The translations under genes were made by a program, and so were the position numbers. The notes below the pieces were generated by a model. It saw only the letters and a list, made by a program, of their open reading frames with translations. It did not search any database and had not been told where the DNA came from. Source: an uncultured delta proteobacterium (GTDB taxonomy: Bacteria; Myxococcota_A; Polyangia; Fen-1088). Taken from it: a DNA stretch of 64,000 nt. Positions 44,349 through 54,517 of the stretch are shown piece after piece. The DNA lies in the NCBI GenBank assembly GCA_963824555.1, contig CAWGPW010000016.1, positions 291,109-355,108 on the forward strand. Reading direction: 5' to 3'. The stretch's first letter is position 1; every line of letters starts with the position of its first letter.

Positions 44349-45275
44349 ATGAACCTGGGCCAGCATCTCGTTGACCTGACCGAGGCCAGTCCCTTCACCG
44401 GGGCCGGCATGAGCCTAGTCACCGCCCTGGTCGCCCTGGTCATCCTGCTGTTCTTGCGCCGGCTGCTCCCGCCCGAAGACCGCGACCATGGCGGCGTGCT
44501 CAAGATCTTCCTCGCCATGGGCGCGCTGCTGGCCTTCGTGCGGCTGGGCCTGCTTACCCTCGGGGTTGGCCTGCTGGCCATGGGCCGCCTGCTCACCATT
44601 TTGTCCACCTTCTTCGTGGCCATGGGGGTCATCGGCACCGCGGTGATGGGCGTGTTCGAGATCCTGCCCCGCCGGGCCAACATTCGTTTCCCGCTGCTCT
44701 TGCGCGATCTCGTCCTGGTGCTCGGTTTCGTGGTGGTGATCGCGGGCGTCCTCGGACAAAGCGGCGTGGACGTGGCGTCGATGGTGACCACCTCCGCGGT
44801 GCTGACCGCCATCCTCGGCCTGGCCCTGCAGAGCACCCTGACCAACCTCTTGGCCGGCATCCTCTTGCACGTAGACCGCTCGCTCGGCGTGGGCGATTGG
44901 GTCCAATTCGGCGAGCGCAAGGGCTGCATCATGGAGATCCGTTGGCGCGTGACGGTGTTGCGCACCACCGACGGCGACACGGTCATCATTCCCAACGGGC
45001 ACATCACCTCGCAAGAGGTAAAGTGGCGTCGAGAACACCCGAGCATCACCGCGCCCTCGGCGAAAAGATCCGGCGCCTGTTCAACCTGTCCTAATCGCAG
45101 GTATAGCACTTTAGAGAACCACGATCTCCCGCAGAATTGCCCGTGCGGTCCGGACTCAGGGACATACTACAGCGTGAGCTCGGGGCGTCTCCCCCAAAAC
45201 GACGGCTGCGTGGCCAGCCGCTGCACGCTGGGGGTCCAGCCACTCTGGCTGACCTGCGATCTTCTCATGAAGTAG
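44349..45275 (+). CDS. MscS-family mechanosensitive channel, C-terminal domain disrupted after about 45030
   Basis: TM region plus TSAVLTAILGLALQSTLTNLLAGILLHVDRSLGVGDWVQF…VIIPNGHITSQEV. The remaining ~80 codons of the ORF are not MscS-like in any frame. Confidence 0.65.
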   Translation: MNLGQHLVDLTEASPFTGAGMSLVTALVALVILLFLRRLLPPEDRDHGGVLKIFLAMGALLAFVRLGLLTLGVGLLAMGRLLTILSTFFVAMGVIGTAVMGVFEILPRRANIRFPLLLRDLVLVLGFVVVIAGVLGQSGVDVASMVTTSAVLTAILGLALQSTLTNLLAGILLHVDRSLGVGDWVQFGERKGCIMEIRWRVTVLRTTDGDTVIIPNGHITSQEVKWRREHPSITAPSAKRSGACSTCPNRRYSTLENHDLPQNCPCGPDSGTYYSVSSGRLPQNDGCVASRCTLGVQPLWLTCDLLMK

Positions 45276-45350
45276 ACCCCGCCCCCCGCCGCATCCGTCT
45301 GTATCTAGGCTGGCTGACGCTCGTCGTCGTCCGTCGACGGCTAGCGTCGT

Positions 45351-46652
45351 CTACGACACGACGGCCGGACTGGGCTTGGACGCAACCTCGGCGGCGTCGG
45401 CGACCGCCACGTCAGCGTGGCCGTAGGTCGAGCTGCCGATGGAGTAGCCTTCCTCGCCGTGCAGGTTGATGTCGAGGCCCTCGCGCTCTTCATCGGCGGT
45501 GACACGCAGTCCGACGGTGGCGTCCACGACCTTCAAGATGACCAACGTGCCGGCCACCGAGAAGGCGACGGTCACGGCGACCGCCAAGAGCTGCTTGCCG
45601 AGGAACGTGGCATTGCCGGTGATGAGCCCATCGGCGCCGCTGGCGTTCCAGGCCTTGGTCGCGAAGACGCCGAGCAGGATGGTGCCGACCGCGCCGCCCA
45701 CGCCGTGGACGCCGAAGGCATCCAGGGTGTCATCGTAGTTGAGCTTGCCCTTAAGCATGACGGCGCCGTAGCAGGCGAGGCCCGCGGCCGTGCCGATGGC
45801 GATGGCACCCATGGGGCCGACGAAGCCCGAGGCCGGGGTCACTGTGGCCAGGCCGGCGACGAGGCCCGAGGCGAAGCCAAGCGCCGACGCCTTGCCGTAG
45901 CGGATCACGTCGATGAGCATCCACGCGGTTCCGCCCGCGGCCGCCGCGAGCTGGGAATTGACCAAGGCCAGGGTCGCGATACCCGAGGCACCGAGCGCGC
46001 TGCCGCCGTTGAAGCCGAACCAGCCGAACCAGAGAATGCCCGCGCCGAGCAGCACCATGGTCAGGTTGTGAGGAAGGCTGCGCTCGCGCGGATAGCCGAT
46101 GCGCTTGCCCACTACCAGGGCCACGACCAGGGCGGACACGCCCGAGCTGACGTGGACCACGATGCCGCCCGCGAAGTCGAGCACGCCCATCTTCGCCATC
46201 CAGCCGCCGCTGCCCCAGACCCAGTGAGCCAGGGGATCATAGACCAGGGTCGCCCACAGGATCGTGAACAGGGCATAGGCCGAGAACTTGAGGCGCTCGG
46301 CGTAGGCGCCCGAGATGAGCGCCGGCGTGATGATGGCGAACATCATCTGGTAGGCGAAGAACAGCATGTGCGGGATGGTGTCACCCGGCCGTGGCGCCAG
46401 ATCCACGCCGCGCATGAACGCAAAGGACAGCCCCCCGATGAGGCCGCCATGATCGGGCCCGTAGGCCAGCGAGTACCCGAAGAGTGTCCATTGCAAGGTC
46501 AGAAGGCCCAGCACCACAAAGCTGTGCATGAAGGTGGAGAGGACGTTCTTGGTGCGGACCAGGCCCCCGTAGAAGAGCGCCAAGCCCGGCAACATGAGCA
46601 GCACGAGCCCAGTCGAAATCAGCATCCATGCGGTGTCGCCGGTATTGATCAT
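45351..46652 (-). CDS. amtB: Ammonium transporter
   Basis: DTAWMLISTGLVLLMLPGLALFYGG, DFAGGIVVHVSSG and FGVHGVGGAVGTILLGVF. Trimmed to the ATG at 46652. Confidence 0.9.
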   Translation of the reverse strand: MINTGDTAWMLISTGLVLLMLPGLALFYGGLVRTKNVLSTFMHSFVVLGLLTLQWTLFGYSLAYGPDHGGLIGGLSFAFMRGVDLAPRPGDTIPHMLFFAYQMMFAIITPALISGAYAERLKFSAYALFTILWATLVYDPLAHWVWGSGGWMAKMGVLDFAGGIVVHVSSGVSALVVALVVGKRIGYPRERSLPHNLTMVLLGAGILWFGWFGFNGGSALGASGIATLALVNSQLAAAAGGTAWMLIDVIRYGKASALGFASGLVAGLATVTPASGFVGPMGAIAIGTAAGLACYGAVMLKGKLNYDDTLDAFGVHGVGGAVGTILLGVFATKAWNASGADGLITGNATFLGKQLLAVAVTVAFSVAGTLVILKVVDATVGLRVTADEEREGLDINLHGEEGYSIGSSTYGHADVAVADAAEVASKPSPAVVS

Positions 46653-46863
46653 GTCGCGCAGGTTGCATCCTGGAAAAAACCGAGAAAAGTGCAGGTTTCG
46701 TGTGACTTGAATAATTTGCCTTGGCGACACTCGGAAGTAACTGCGATTTCTTCATTTGGATACGTAAAAGAAACAATCAGCATCTCCAGCGCGTATTTCC
46801 GTTCCTTGAGGGGCTGCATTCGCGGGTGGCGCGCATGGTTTTGACACGTTATAGACAGTCGCG

Positions 46864-47848
46864 GTGAACCAGCAGGGTGACACGCCGGCCGTCGCTTGTC
46901 GGGGCTTGCGCAAAGTCTTCGACGGCCGGCATGGGCTCTTTCGCAAGCCCTCGCCGGCCGTGGTCGCCGTCGATGGCCTGGACCTGCGCATCGAGCGCGG
47001 CGAGTGCTTTGGTTTGCTTGGACCGAATGGCTCGGGCAAGACCACCACCGTCGAGATGCTGGAAGGGCTGCTTCCGCCCAGCGCCGGGGAGGTGGAGTTG
47101 CTGGGCCTGCGCTGGCAAAGCCATGAGGACAGGTTGCGCGAACGCGTGGGCGTGGCGCTGCAGGAGACCCACTTGCCCGAGAAGCTGATGGTCGAAGAGC
47201 TGCTCACGCTTTTTCGCAGCTTCTATCGCAGGCCACGCCCGCTGGCGGATCTCCTGGCCGAGGTCGAGCTCGAGGAGAAACGGCGGTCGTGGGTGGGCAA
47301 GCTGTCGGGCGGGCAGCGCCAGCGATTGGCCATCGCCTGCGCCATGGTGGGCGAGCCCGAGGTACTCTTCCTCGACGAGCCGACCACGGGGCTCGATCCG
47401 CAGTCGCGGCGCCAGGTGTGGGGGCTCGTCTCAGCCTACCGCGCGCGCGGCGGCACCGTGGTGTTGACCACGCACTACATGGAAGAGGCCGAACGTCTTT
47501 GCGACCGCGTGGCCATCGTCGATCAAGGCAAGCTGGTTCGACTGGGCACGCCTGCGGAGCTGATCGCCGCGCTGCCGGGTGACCACGTCGTGGAGCTCGA
47601 GATCGAAAAGGCCACGGCCGCCGGATTGGATGCCGACGAGCTCTCGCGGCCTACCGTCGGTCGCGGGGGCGCACCTGACCGCCGAGGGTGTGTGGTCGCT
47701 TGCGGTGCGGGAACCCGAGCAAGCGGTGGCCGCGGTGTTGGCCCTGGTCGAGCACAAGGGCTGCACCCTGGCCCGCCTGGGCACGCGCAAGGCCTCCCTC
47801 GAAGATGTTTTCGTGGCGCTCACGGGAAGGCATTTGCGTGACGGCTGA
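46864..47848 (+). CDS. ABC transporter ATP-binding protein (ABC-2/DrrA-like); frame switch near 47645
   Basis: GPNGSGKTT, LSGGQRQRLAIA, LFLDEPTTGLD and TTHYMEEA. The C-terminus (…LEDVFVALTGRHLRDG*) lies in ORF 47579..47848. Confidence 0.85.
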
Positions 47849-48923
47849 TGCGCGGCAAGGACGGTCGAGTCCATCCGATTCGCCCGATCGGACCAATCCG
47901 ATTTTGCAGCTGACGCTGATGAGACTGCGCGAGATCGGTCGCGAGCCTGGTGTCTTGTTCTGGGCCTTCGGCTTTCCCGTGGTGCTGTCCCTGGCGCTTG
48001 GCATCGCCTTTCGCGCGCGCGGGCCCGAGCCGGTGGTGGTGGCGGCCTTGCCCGGCATCTCCGCGCAGGTCGCGCGGGCGCTGACGGAGGCCAAGGTCAA
48101 GGTCAAGGCGCGCGACGAGGCGGCGGCCGAAGCCGACTTGCGCGCCGGACGCGTGAACCTGATCCTGGCGCCGCCGACAACGCCCGGGCAGCCGCTGGTC
48201 TATCGCTTCGATCCGTCGCGCGCCGAGGCCCGCACCGCGCGCGCGGCCGTGAACCAGATCCTCCAGCGTGCGGCTGGACAGACCGAGCCGCGCTTGGTGC
48301 GCGACGAGGAAGTGCGCGAGCCCGGTTCGCGCTATATCGACTTTCTGATTCCGGGGCTCATCGCCATGAACCTCATGTCGGGGTCGATGTGGGGCGTGGC
48401 CTGGGTGGTGGTGCATATGCGGGTGCGCAAGCTACTCAAGCGCCTGCTGGCCGCGCCCATGCGGCGGCGCCATTTGATGTACTCGCTCGGCTTGGCCCGC
48501 CTGGTGATCATTCCCCTGGAATTGATCGTGATCCTGGTCTTTTCTCGGATCTTCTTTTCCGTGCAGGTAGCGGGATCCTACCTCGCGCTCTTGGTCGTGG
48601 CGTTCGGCGGCAGCGCGTGCTTTGCCGCCATGGCCATCGCCGTCGCGAGCCGGGCGCAAAACACCGAAACCGTCAGCGGCCTCATGAACCTGATCATGAT
48701 GCCCATGTTCATCGCCTCGGGCGTGTTCTTCGCCTCGAGCAATTTCCCCGAGTCCATCCAGCCCATCATTCGCCTGCTGCCGCTCACCGCCATGTGCGAC
48801 GGCATGCGCGCGGTGATGATCGACGGCGCCGGTCTCAGCGGCGTGCTGCCTTCCCTGCTCATCCTCGTGCTGTGGGGCGTGCCTTCGTTCGTGCTGGGGC
48901 TGCGCTATTTCCGCTGGACCTGA
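47838..48923 (+). CDS. ABC-2 type transporter permease
   Basis: GTG at 47838 overlaps the ATPase gene end. An N-terminal TM, a large loop, then five to six TM segments. Confidence 0.75.
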   Translation: MTADARQGRSSPSDSPDRTNPILQLTLMRLREIGREPGVLFWAFGFPVVLSLALGIAFRARGPEPVVVAALPGISAQVARALTEAKVKVKARDEAAAEADLRAGRVNLILAPPTTPGQPLVYRFDPSRAEARTARAAVNQILQRAAGQTEPRLVRDEEVREPGSRYIDFLIPGLIAMNLMSGSMWGVAWVVVHMRVRKLLKRLLAAPMRRRHLMYSLGLARLVIIPLELIVILVFSRIFFSVQVAGSYLALLVVAFGGSACFAAMAIAVASRAQNTETVSGLMNLIMMPMFIASGVFFASSNFPESIQPIIRLLPLTAMCDGMRAVMIDGAGLSGVLPSLLILVLWGVPSFVLGLRYFRWT

Positions 48924-49130
48924 GCTTCCCTTTTCGGGTGACACGCATCGACGGCTCCCTCGAGACTCGGCGACCCGAGGAGCACCGGCGCACAATAAAT
49001 TGGCCCCCCGTACTCGGCAGGCTCTCTTCCGTGGACCAAACGGATGCCGAGTACGGAGGGCCCCCCACTTCCACCTAGTTACAGGAGAAACTCCTTTCGA
49101 GTTGTTGCAATCGAACCAAGACCGAATCCT

Positions 49131-50117
49131 TCAACCAAGACCGAGAAGACCTTCGACATACTGACTGGTCGAGAACCCCCAGGGGTCGTTGGGATTGATT
49201 CGCGCGAGCTTTCCGCGGAAATCCTCGACGTTCTTGTAACCATGGGCATCCATCCAGCCACCGAGATCGGTCAGCATCTTGCTGATGACGACGGGCTTTT
49301 CGCGAATGATGACGCCGACAACCTGGGTGGCGCGCGCCCCCGCAAGTAGCATTTTGGCCACATCGCGCCCGCTGCTGATGCCGGTGCTGGCCGCGATGCC
49401 CGAGCGAATGCGATTGGCGAGCAAGGCAACCCAGCGCAGGGGCAAGAGCGAATCTCGCGACTCCGTCTCCTGGTAGCGCGCCTTCTTGGTCTCGGCCTCC
49501 ACGTCGATATCGGGTTGGAACAAGCGGTTGAACATCACGAAACCGTCGGCGCCCGCCTCTTCGAAGCGAGACACGACGTTGAGCAGGTTGGTGTAGAAGG
49601 GGTGCAGCTTCACGCCGATAGGGACACGGACGGCATTGCGAACCTCGTTCAAGATCTCCAGCTCGCGGCTCTCGATATCGGCCGCGGTCACGGCAAGGTC
49701 GTTGACGGGCGAATAGAGGTTGAGCTCGATGCCGTCGATGCCCGCGCCTTCCAATGCCTTGGCGTACTCGGCCCACTGGATCTTGGTCACGCAGTTGATA
49801 CTCGCGATGAGCGGAATCTTGACCGCCTTGCGCGTCTCCGAAACCCAGTACACGTGCGTGCGCGTTCCCGCGTGCTGCAGGTGGGGAAACATCGAGATCG
49901 CTTCCGCCGACGTGTCGTCGTGCTCGGCCAAGTCGCGCTCGAAGGCCTCGGCGTCGATGCGGACCTGTTCCTCGAACAGGGACTTGAGCACCACCGCGGA
50001 AGCCCCCGCGGCCTCCATGGCCTTGATGGTGTCCACGCGGGTCGAGAGCGGGGATGAGCCGACGATGATGGGATTCCTGAGCGGAATTCCCATGTAGCTC
50101 GTTCGTAGATCGGACAT
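49131..50117 (-). CDS. Dihydroorotate dehydrogenase-like FMN TIM-barrel protein
   Basis: MGIPLRNPIIVGSSPLS…IPLIASIN…GIELNLYSP…PIGVKL…GFVMFNR. AAGGGAGG SD before the ATG at 50117. Confidence 0.75.
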   Translation of the reverse strand: MSDLRTSYMGIPLRNPIIVGSSPLSTRVDTIKAMEAAGASAVVLKSLFEEQVRIDAEAFERDLAEHDDTSAEAISMFPHLQHAGTRTHVYWVSETRKAVKIPLIASINCVTKIQWAEYAKALEGAGIDGIELNLYSPVNDLAVTAADIESRELEILNEVRNAVRVPIGVKLHPFYTNLLNVVSRFEEAGADGFVMFNRLFQPDIDVEAETKKARYQETESRDSLLPLRWVALLANRIRSGIAASTGISSGRDVAKMLLAGARATQVVGVIIREKPVVISKMLTDLGGWMDAHGYKNVEDFRGKLARINPNDPWGFSTSQYVEGLLGLG

Positions 50118-50364
50118 GCTGGCCTCCCTTTTTTGAATAGGACCGTATGGGTCCCATTTGGTCCGGGAAAAGGATCCCAAGCTGAACTTGCCTATGGGAT
50201 GCTGCACAGCCGGAAGGGGTGACAAAAAAAGGTGGCTCACCCGAGGTTGGCGGCGCGTCGAGTTATGCTTGGCCTGGGTTGGTCCCAAAGCAGAAGGCCA
50301 TTGCTGCCGCGTCTCTGAGCCCGCGGAAGCAACGGCCCTTAGTCCCCCGTCATTGGTGGCAAGA

Positions 50365-51294
50365 TCAGGCTTCGGCGCCGATCAGGGACTGCAGGCGGGT
50401 CTGCGCCGCTTGCGACCAAGGGCTCTCGACGGATTCGAGGTCGAGATAGCGGCGCAGGTGGTCGGCGGCCTGGCGCTTACCGCCGAGCCTTTCGAGCACG
50501 GTGGCCAGGTTGTAGTGCGCGTCGGCGAACCAAGGGCTTTGTTGCACGACCCGGCGCAGCTCGGAAGCGGCGCGGTCGATCTCGCCTTGCTGGTACAGGA
50601 TACCGGCCAGGTTGTAGCGAGCCTCGGGCTGTTCGGGATCGAGAGAGAGAGCGGCTTCGAATTCGATGCGTGCCAGCGAGACGTCGCCCTTGCGATAGGC
50701 TAAGCCGCCCAGGTTGGTGTGGGCGGCGGCAAGCCCCGGATCGCTTTCCAGCGCCTTGCGATAGCAGGTCTCCGCCGCGTCGGCTGCATCCGGCAGGGCT
50801 TCCTTGTCGAGGCCGCGCGAGAACCAGTCGTAGGCACCCGCCGGTGGTGCGGGCTCAGCCGCCGCTTCATCGGGCGTGGCTGGGGCACCCGAGAGCGCCC
50901 AAACCTCGGCCGCGCGATCGGCCAGATCGGACAAGCCAAAATCGAAACGCCGCTGGCCGGAGATCTCGAAGGTGACGCCATCTTCGACCAGGGCCAACAC
51001 GTTTCCATCCCAGGCTACGCGCAGCTTGTCGAGCGGGCGATTCACCGACGGCAACTTGGCACGGACCTGCTCCAGCGCCTTGCGAATGGTGGCCGGCTGG
51101 AAACCGCGTTCGACCAGCTCCTTGGCCGCGCGCACGCTGACCAAGTCTTGAAACGAGTAGACCTGCCGGCCGCCTCGCCGCAGCGACGGGCCGACGAAGC
51201 CCGATTGCGACCAGTAGCGCAGCTTGGATTCGGGCACGCCCAGGATTCTCGCGGCGGCATTGAAGGTGTATTCGCGTTCAATGGCGGTGGTCAT
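50365..51294 (-). CDS. MerR-family HTH regulator fused to TPR repeats
   Basis: YTFNAAARILGVPESKLRYWSQSGFV…YSFQDLVSVRAAKEL. The C-terminal region carries TPR-like AHTNLGGLAYRKGD and ARYNLAGILYQQGE. Confidence 0.8.
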   Translation of the reverse strand: MTTAIEREYTFNAAARILGVPESKLRYWSQSGFVGPSLRRGGRQVYSFQDLVSVRAAKELVERGFQPATIRKALEQVRAKLPSVNRPLDKLRVAWDGNVLALVEDGVTFEISGQRRFDFGLSDLADRAAEVWALSGAPATPDEAAAEPAPPAGAYDWFSRGLDKEALPDAADAAETCYRKALESDPGLAAAHTNLGGLAYRKGDVSLARIEFEAALSLDPEQPEARYNLAGILYQQGEIDRAASELRRVVQQSPWFADAHYNLATVLERLGGKRQAADHLRRYLDLESVESPWSQAAQTRLQSLIGAEA

Positions 51295-51776
51295 GACAAG
51301 ATAGCCTCCACGTCGATGTCCAGGTAGACGCGCGTGCCGCGCGCTCGGATCCGGGTTTCGCCCCGGACCGACTTGGGCTTGTCGTGCGTGATGCGCTCGA
51401 CTTCGCGACGGACGATGAGCTGCGCCCTGGCGTCGAGAGTCGGTTCGTCGACCAGCAAGGCCGCCATCCGCCTTGCGGTATCTTCGTCGGCAGGCTCGCG
51501 CAGGATCTCAGCCAGGGACGAGACGTCGAACGTCAACATGGTCGATCCGACGAAAGTCGCCTTGCCCAGGACGGCGCTGCTTTCACCCTCGGAGATGACC
51601 TCCGATCGGGCGAAGACCGCGTCGAGGGCCGCTTGCGAAAGATACTCGCGCACCTCGCGTTCGATGAGGGCGATGCGCCGTACCTGAACCATGGGCCGCA
51701 TCTCGTAGGGCGAGGCTATGCGTCTCCCGACCGCCGGGATGGCGGAAGCGGGCACGGTGGCGGGTTCTTCAGGCAT
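51291..51776 (-). CDS. Hypothetical protein
   Basis: 161 aa from the ATG at 51776. Its stop overlaps the MerR-TPR start (ATGA). No family recognised. Confidence 0.5.
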   Translation of the reverse strand: MPEEPATVPASAIPAVGRRIASPYEMRPMVQVRRIALIEREVREYLSQAALDAVFARSEVISEGESSAVLGKATFVGSTMLTFDVSSLAEILREPADEDTARRMAALLVDEPTLDARAQLIVRREVERITHDKPKSVRGETRIRARGTRVYLDIDVEAILS

Positions 51777-51925
51777 GATAATTTTCAGGCGGCAATGTGA
51801 TCCCATGTGCTGACATGTAGGATAATCATGGCCTGACGACTTGGCAAGAAATCGAAGTGTTGCAGTAGCGGGCAGGCTCCTTTTTGCGGCCCGGTGATAG
51901 GGTCCCACCCGACGGCCATTTTGCA

Positions 51926-52684
51926 ATGCCAAGGCTCCTCTGGAATCTCTACGCCCGCTGCTACGACCGGATCACCGGGCTTTTGCCCTATCGGGAGATG
52001 CTGGATGAGGTCGTGGGCGCACTCGAATTGACGCCCGGAATGCGCGTGCTCGACGCCGGCTGCGGAACGGGAGCCCTGGCCGAGCATCTGGCCGCCAAAC
52101 ACCCGAACATCGAGCTGCTGGCGGTGGATTGGTCGCCCGCCATGCTAGAGCGGGCCCAGACGCGGCGTGCTTGGCCGGCCACGTTTACCTTCGTCGAGGG
52201 CAACATCGACGACGTGCTGGCCGCCGATGAGCACGGATTCGATCGCATCGCCAGCGTGAATGTCATCTGGACGCTACCCAACCCGCAGCACACCTTCGCG
52301 CAAATGACCCGGCGCTTGCGCGACGGCGGGCGCATGGTCCACACCACGCCGACTTGGCGCCTGCGTGCGCACGCCATCGTGTGGCGCCACCTGCTCGGGC
52401 AAAGAGGCTGGGACCTGCCGCGCGCCCTGCTGGGCTTGCCCGTGCTCGCTCTCGCGGGTCTGCTCAACCTGCTTCTGTTGGTGCAAGGCAAGCTGTTCGC
52501 CCGCGCCCCCCGCGCCGGCAAGCGATGGCACGCCGATGGGCTGGCCGAGCTGTTTCGCGCCGCTGGCGCGCCTTCGTCCAAGATCCAGCCATGCTACGCG
52601 GGGCAGAACGTCCTGCTCGTGTGCGAGAAAGAAGAATCAGGGACGCACGTTACGCGGTTGCCAGTGCCCGCAAAGCACCTGTAG
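51926..52684 (+). CDS. Class I SAM-dependent methyltransferase
   Basis: Motif I is VLDAGCGTGALAEHL. Followed by a hydrophobic C-terminal segment. Confidence 0.8.
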   Translation: MPRLLWNLYARCYDRITGLLPYREMLDEVVGALELTPGMRVLDAGCGTGALAEHLAAKHPNIELLAVDWSPAMLERAQTRRAWPATFTFVEGNIDDVLAADEHGFDRIASVNVIWTLPNPQHTFAQMTRRLRDGGRMVHTTPTWRLRAHAIVWRHLLGQRGWDLPRALLGLPVLALAGLLNLLLLVQGKLFARAPRAGKRWHADGLAELFRAAGAPSSKIQPCYAGQNVLLVCEKEESGTHVTRLPVPAKHL

Positions 52685-52696
52685 ACTTGCCATCTC

Positions 52697-53558
52697 ATGG
52701 AAGCGCCACTCGAAATCCGCTACGCAGGTGTGGTCATCGGCCGAGCGCAGGAAGTGCGGAGTGCCGAGGGGGATTCTCCATCGCTCTTCATTCCCGTACG
52801 CGACCCCATGCCCGTGGGCTCGGTCTTGCACTTGCGCTCAGGGGAGCGCGAAACCCCGGTGCGCGTGGTCCGGGCGGTCGAGACGACCGACGCCGCCGCG
52901 TGCGGCATGCAAGTGCGCACGTTGGGCGAGGCCGAGGAGGTGGTGCGGGACTTCATTCCGCCACCCGCGGTCGCCGCGGAGAAGATCAAGCCGGCCACGC
53001 CTACACCCGTGGTCGCGGTCGACGTCGCCAAGACGCGGGCCGAAAACACGAGCCCCTCCGCCATGGACCCCCCGTCGGCCAACGCCGAGGTTCCGGTCGC
53101 AAAGCCCGAGGCGACAGCCGCCGACGTCACGCCCGAGGTGATCATTACCGTCGAAGCCACCCCCGGGGTGCAGGGCGCTGCGGCCGAGCCCGAGGTGGCG
53201 GCCGCCGAGGCAGAGTCGAAGGCCGCCGAGGCCTCCCCCGTGGCCTCAGCCGACAGCACGTCCGACAGAGCAGCCGACGGCTCGTCGATCGAAGTCGCCG
53301 CCGTTCCCGAGGCCGTTCCCGTGGCCATCGGATCGTCCATGACCGGGGCCCTGAAGAGCGCGACCGAGTCGGTCGCGGTCGGCGAGCCCACGCCAGCGGC
53401 ACCTTCTCAGCCGGAAAGCGGTGTGGTGGCCGAGGCCGCGCCCGTAGCCGAAGGCTCGGCCGCCGAGCCAAGCGGTGAGTCTGGGACCACGGAGGCTCCC
53501 TCCCGCGCGTCCCATTGCCGGGCCGAGCGGCCGGCGCAAGACCAAGCGGCGCAGGTAG
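52697..53558 (+). CDS. Hypothetical protein with an Ala/Glu/Pro-rich acidic low-complexity region; frame switch near 53500
   Basis: The N-terminal ~80 aa look like a small beta-domain. In a shifted frame the tail ends …PIAGPSGRRKTKRRR* at TAG 53556-53558. The track ORF fuses it artificially to the next gene. Confidence 0.45.
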
Positions 53559-53584
53559 AAGCCACAGCCGCCGCTGCAGGTCGC

Positions 53585-54508
53585 ATGCTTCGGAATCTGA
53601 TTCACCCGCCCCGTCTCCAGCCGGGCGACGTGGTCCGCGTGATCGCGCCGTCGGGCCCGCTGTTTGCCGATGCCTTCGCGGCGGGTGCCGCGGTTCTGTC
53701 CGCCCGCTACCAAGTGCGCTACGACCCGGCGACGTTATTTGCCCGCGATGGATTTCTGGCCGGGCCGGACGACCAGCGGCTGGCGACGCTTGTCGATGCC
53801 GTACGCGATCCCGAGGCCCGCGCCGTGTTCATGGGCCGCGGTGGCCATGGCCTCTTGCGCATCGCCAACCGGATCGATCCGCATCTGCTGCGCGATCACG
53901 CCAAGCCCATCGTGGGATTCTCCGACGGAACAATCTTGCTGGCGCTGGCAGTGCGGGCCGGGGTCGCGGCCATCCATGGCCCCGTGGTCAACCAACTCGG
54001 CCGCTTGCCCGAGGCCGACCGGTCCGCGCTGTTCTCGCTCCTCGAATCGGGCGAGCCAGGACCTTTGCTCGCCGGGCTTGAAACCCTGCGCGCCGGCAGT
54101 GCCCAAGGACCGCTTCTGGGCGGCAACCTGGAGGTATTTTCGCGCCTTCTCGGAACGCCATTTCTGCCCGACCTCGACGGCGCCATCCTGTTCTTCGAGG
54201 AAGTGGGCGAACGGCCCTACCGAATCGATCGGCTACTCACGCACTTGGAGCTGGCCGGGGTTTTCGCGGTGGTGGCCGGCGTGGTGGTGGGCGATCTCGT
54301 CGCCTGCGAGGAGCCGCCCTCCTCGCGCGTGCCTTCGCCCTCGGCCATCGCGGTCGTGCGCGAGCGCCTGGGCCGCTTGAGCATCCCAGTGGCACTCGGC
54401 GCGCGCTTGGGTCACGGCGAACGCAATCTGGCCCTGCCCTACGGCGTTCAGGTCGGGTTGGACGCACAGGCAGGCACCCTGGTTGCGCTCGAAGCCCCGG
54501 TCTGCTGA
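53585..54508 (+). CDS. LD-carboxypeptidase (peptidase S66, LdcA/MccF-like)
   Basis: MLRNLIHPPRLQPGDVVRVIAPSGP…, nucleophile motif IVGFSDGT, and a C-terminal GHGERNLALP. Confidence 0.85.
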   Translation: MLRNLIHPPRLQPGDVVRVIAPSGPLFADAFAAGAAVLSARYQVRYDPATLFARDGFLAGPDDQRLATLVDAVRDPEARAVFMGRGGHGLLRIANRIDPHLLRDHAKPIVGFSDGTILLALAVRAGVAAIHGPVVNQLGRLPEADRSALFSLLESGEPGPLLAGLETLRAGSAQGPLLGGNLEVFSRLLGTPFLPDLDGAILFFEEVGERPYRIDRLLTHLELAGVFAVVAGVVVGDLVACEEPPSSRVPSPSAIAVVRERLGRLSIPVALGARLGHGERNLALPYGVQVGLDAQAGTLVALEAPVC

Positions 54509-54517
54509 GACAAATGC

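Noticed and set aside
46653-46863. NtrC/sigma54 promoter or a glnK gene associated with amtB.
   Set aside because: The best candidate (CTGGAGATGCTGATTGT on the minus strand) has wrong spacing and a TTGT -12 element. No P-II-like ORF exists on either side of amtB.
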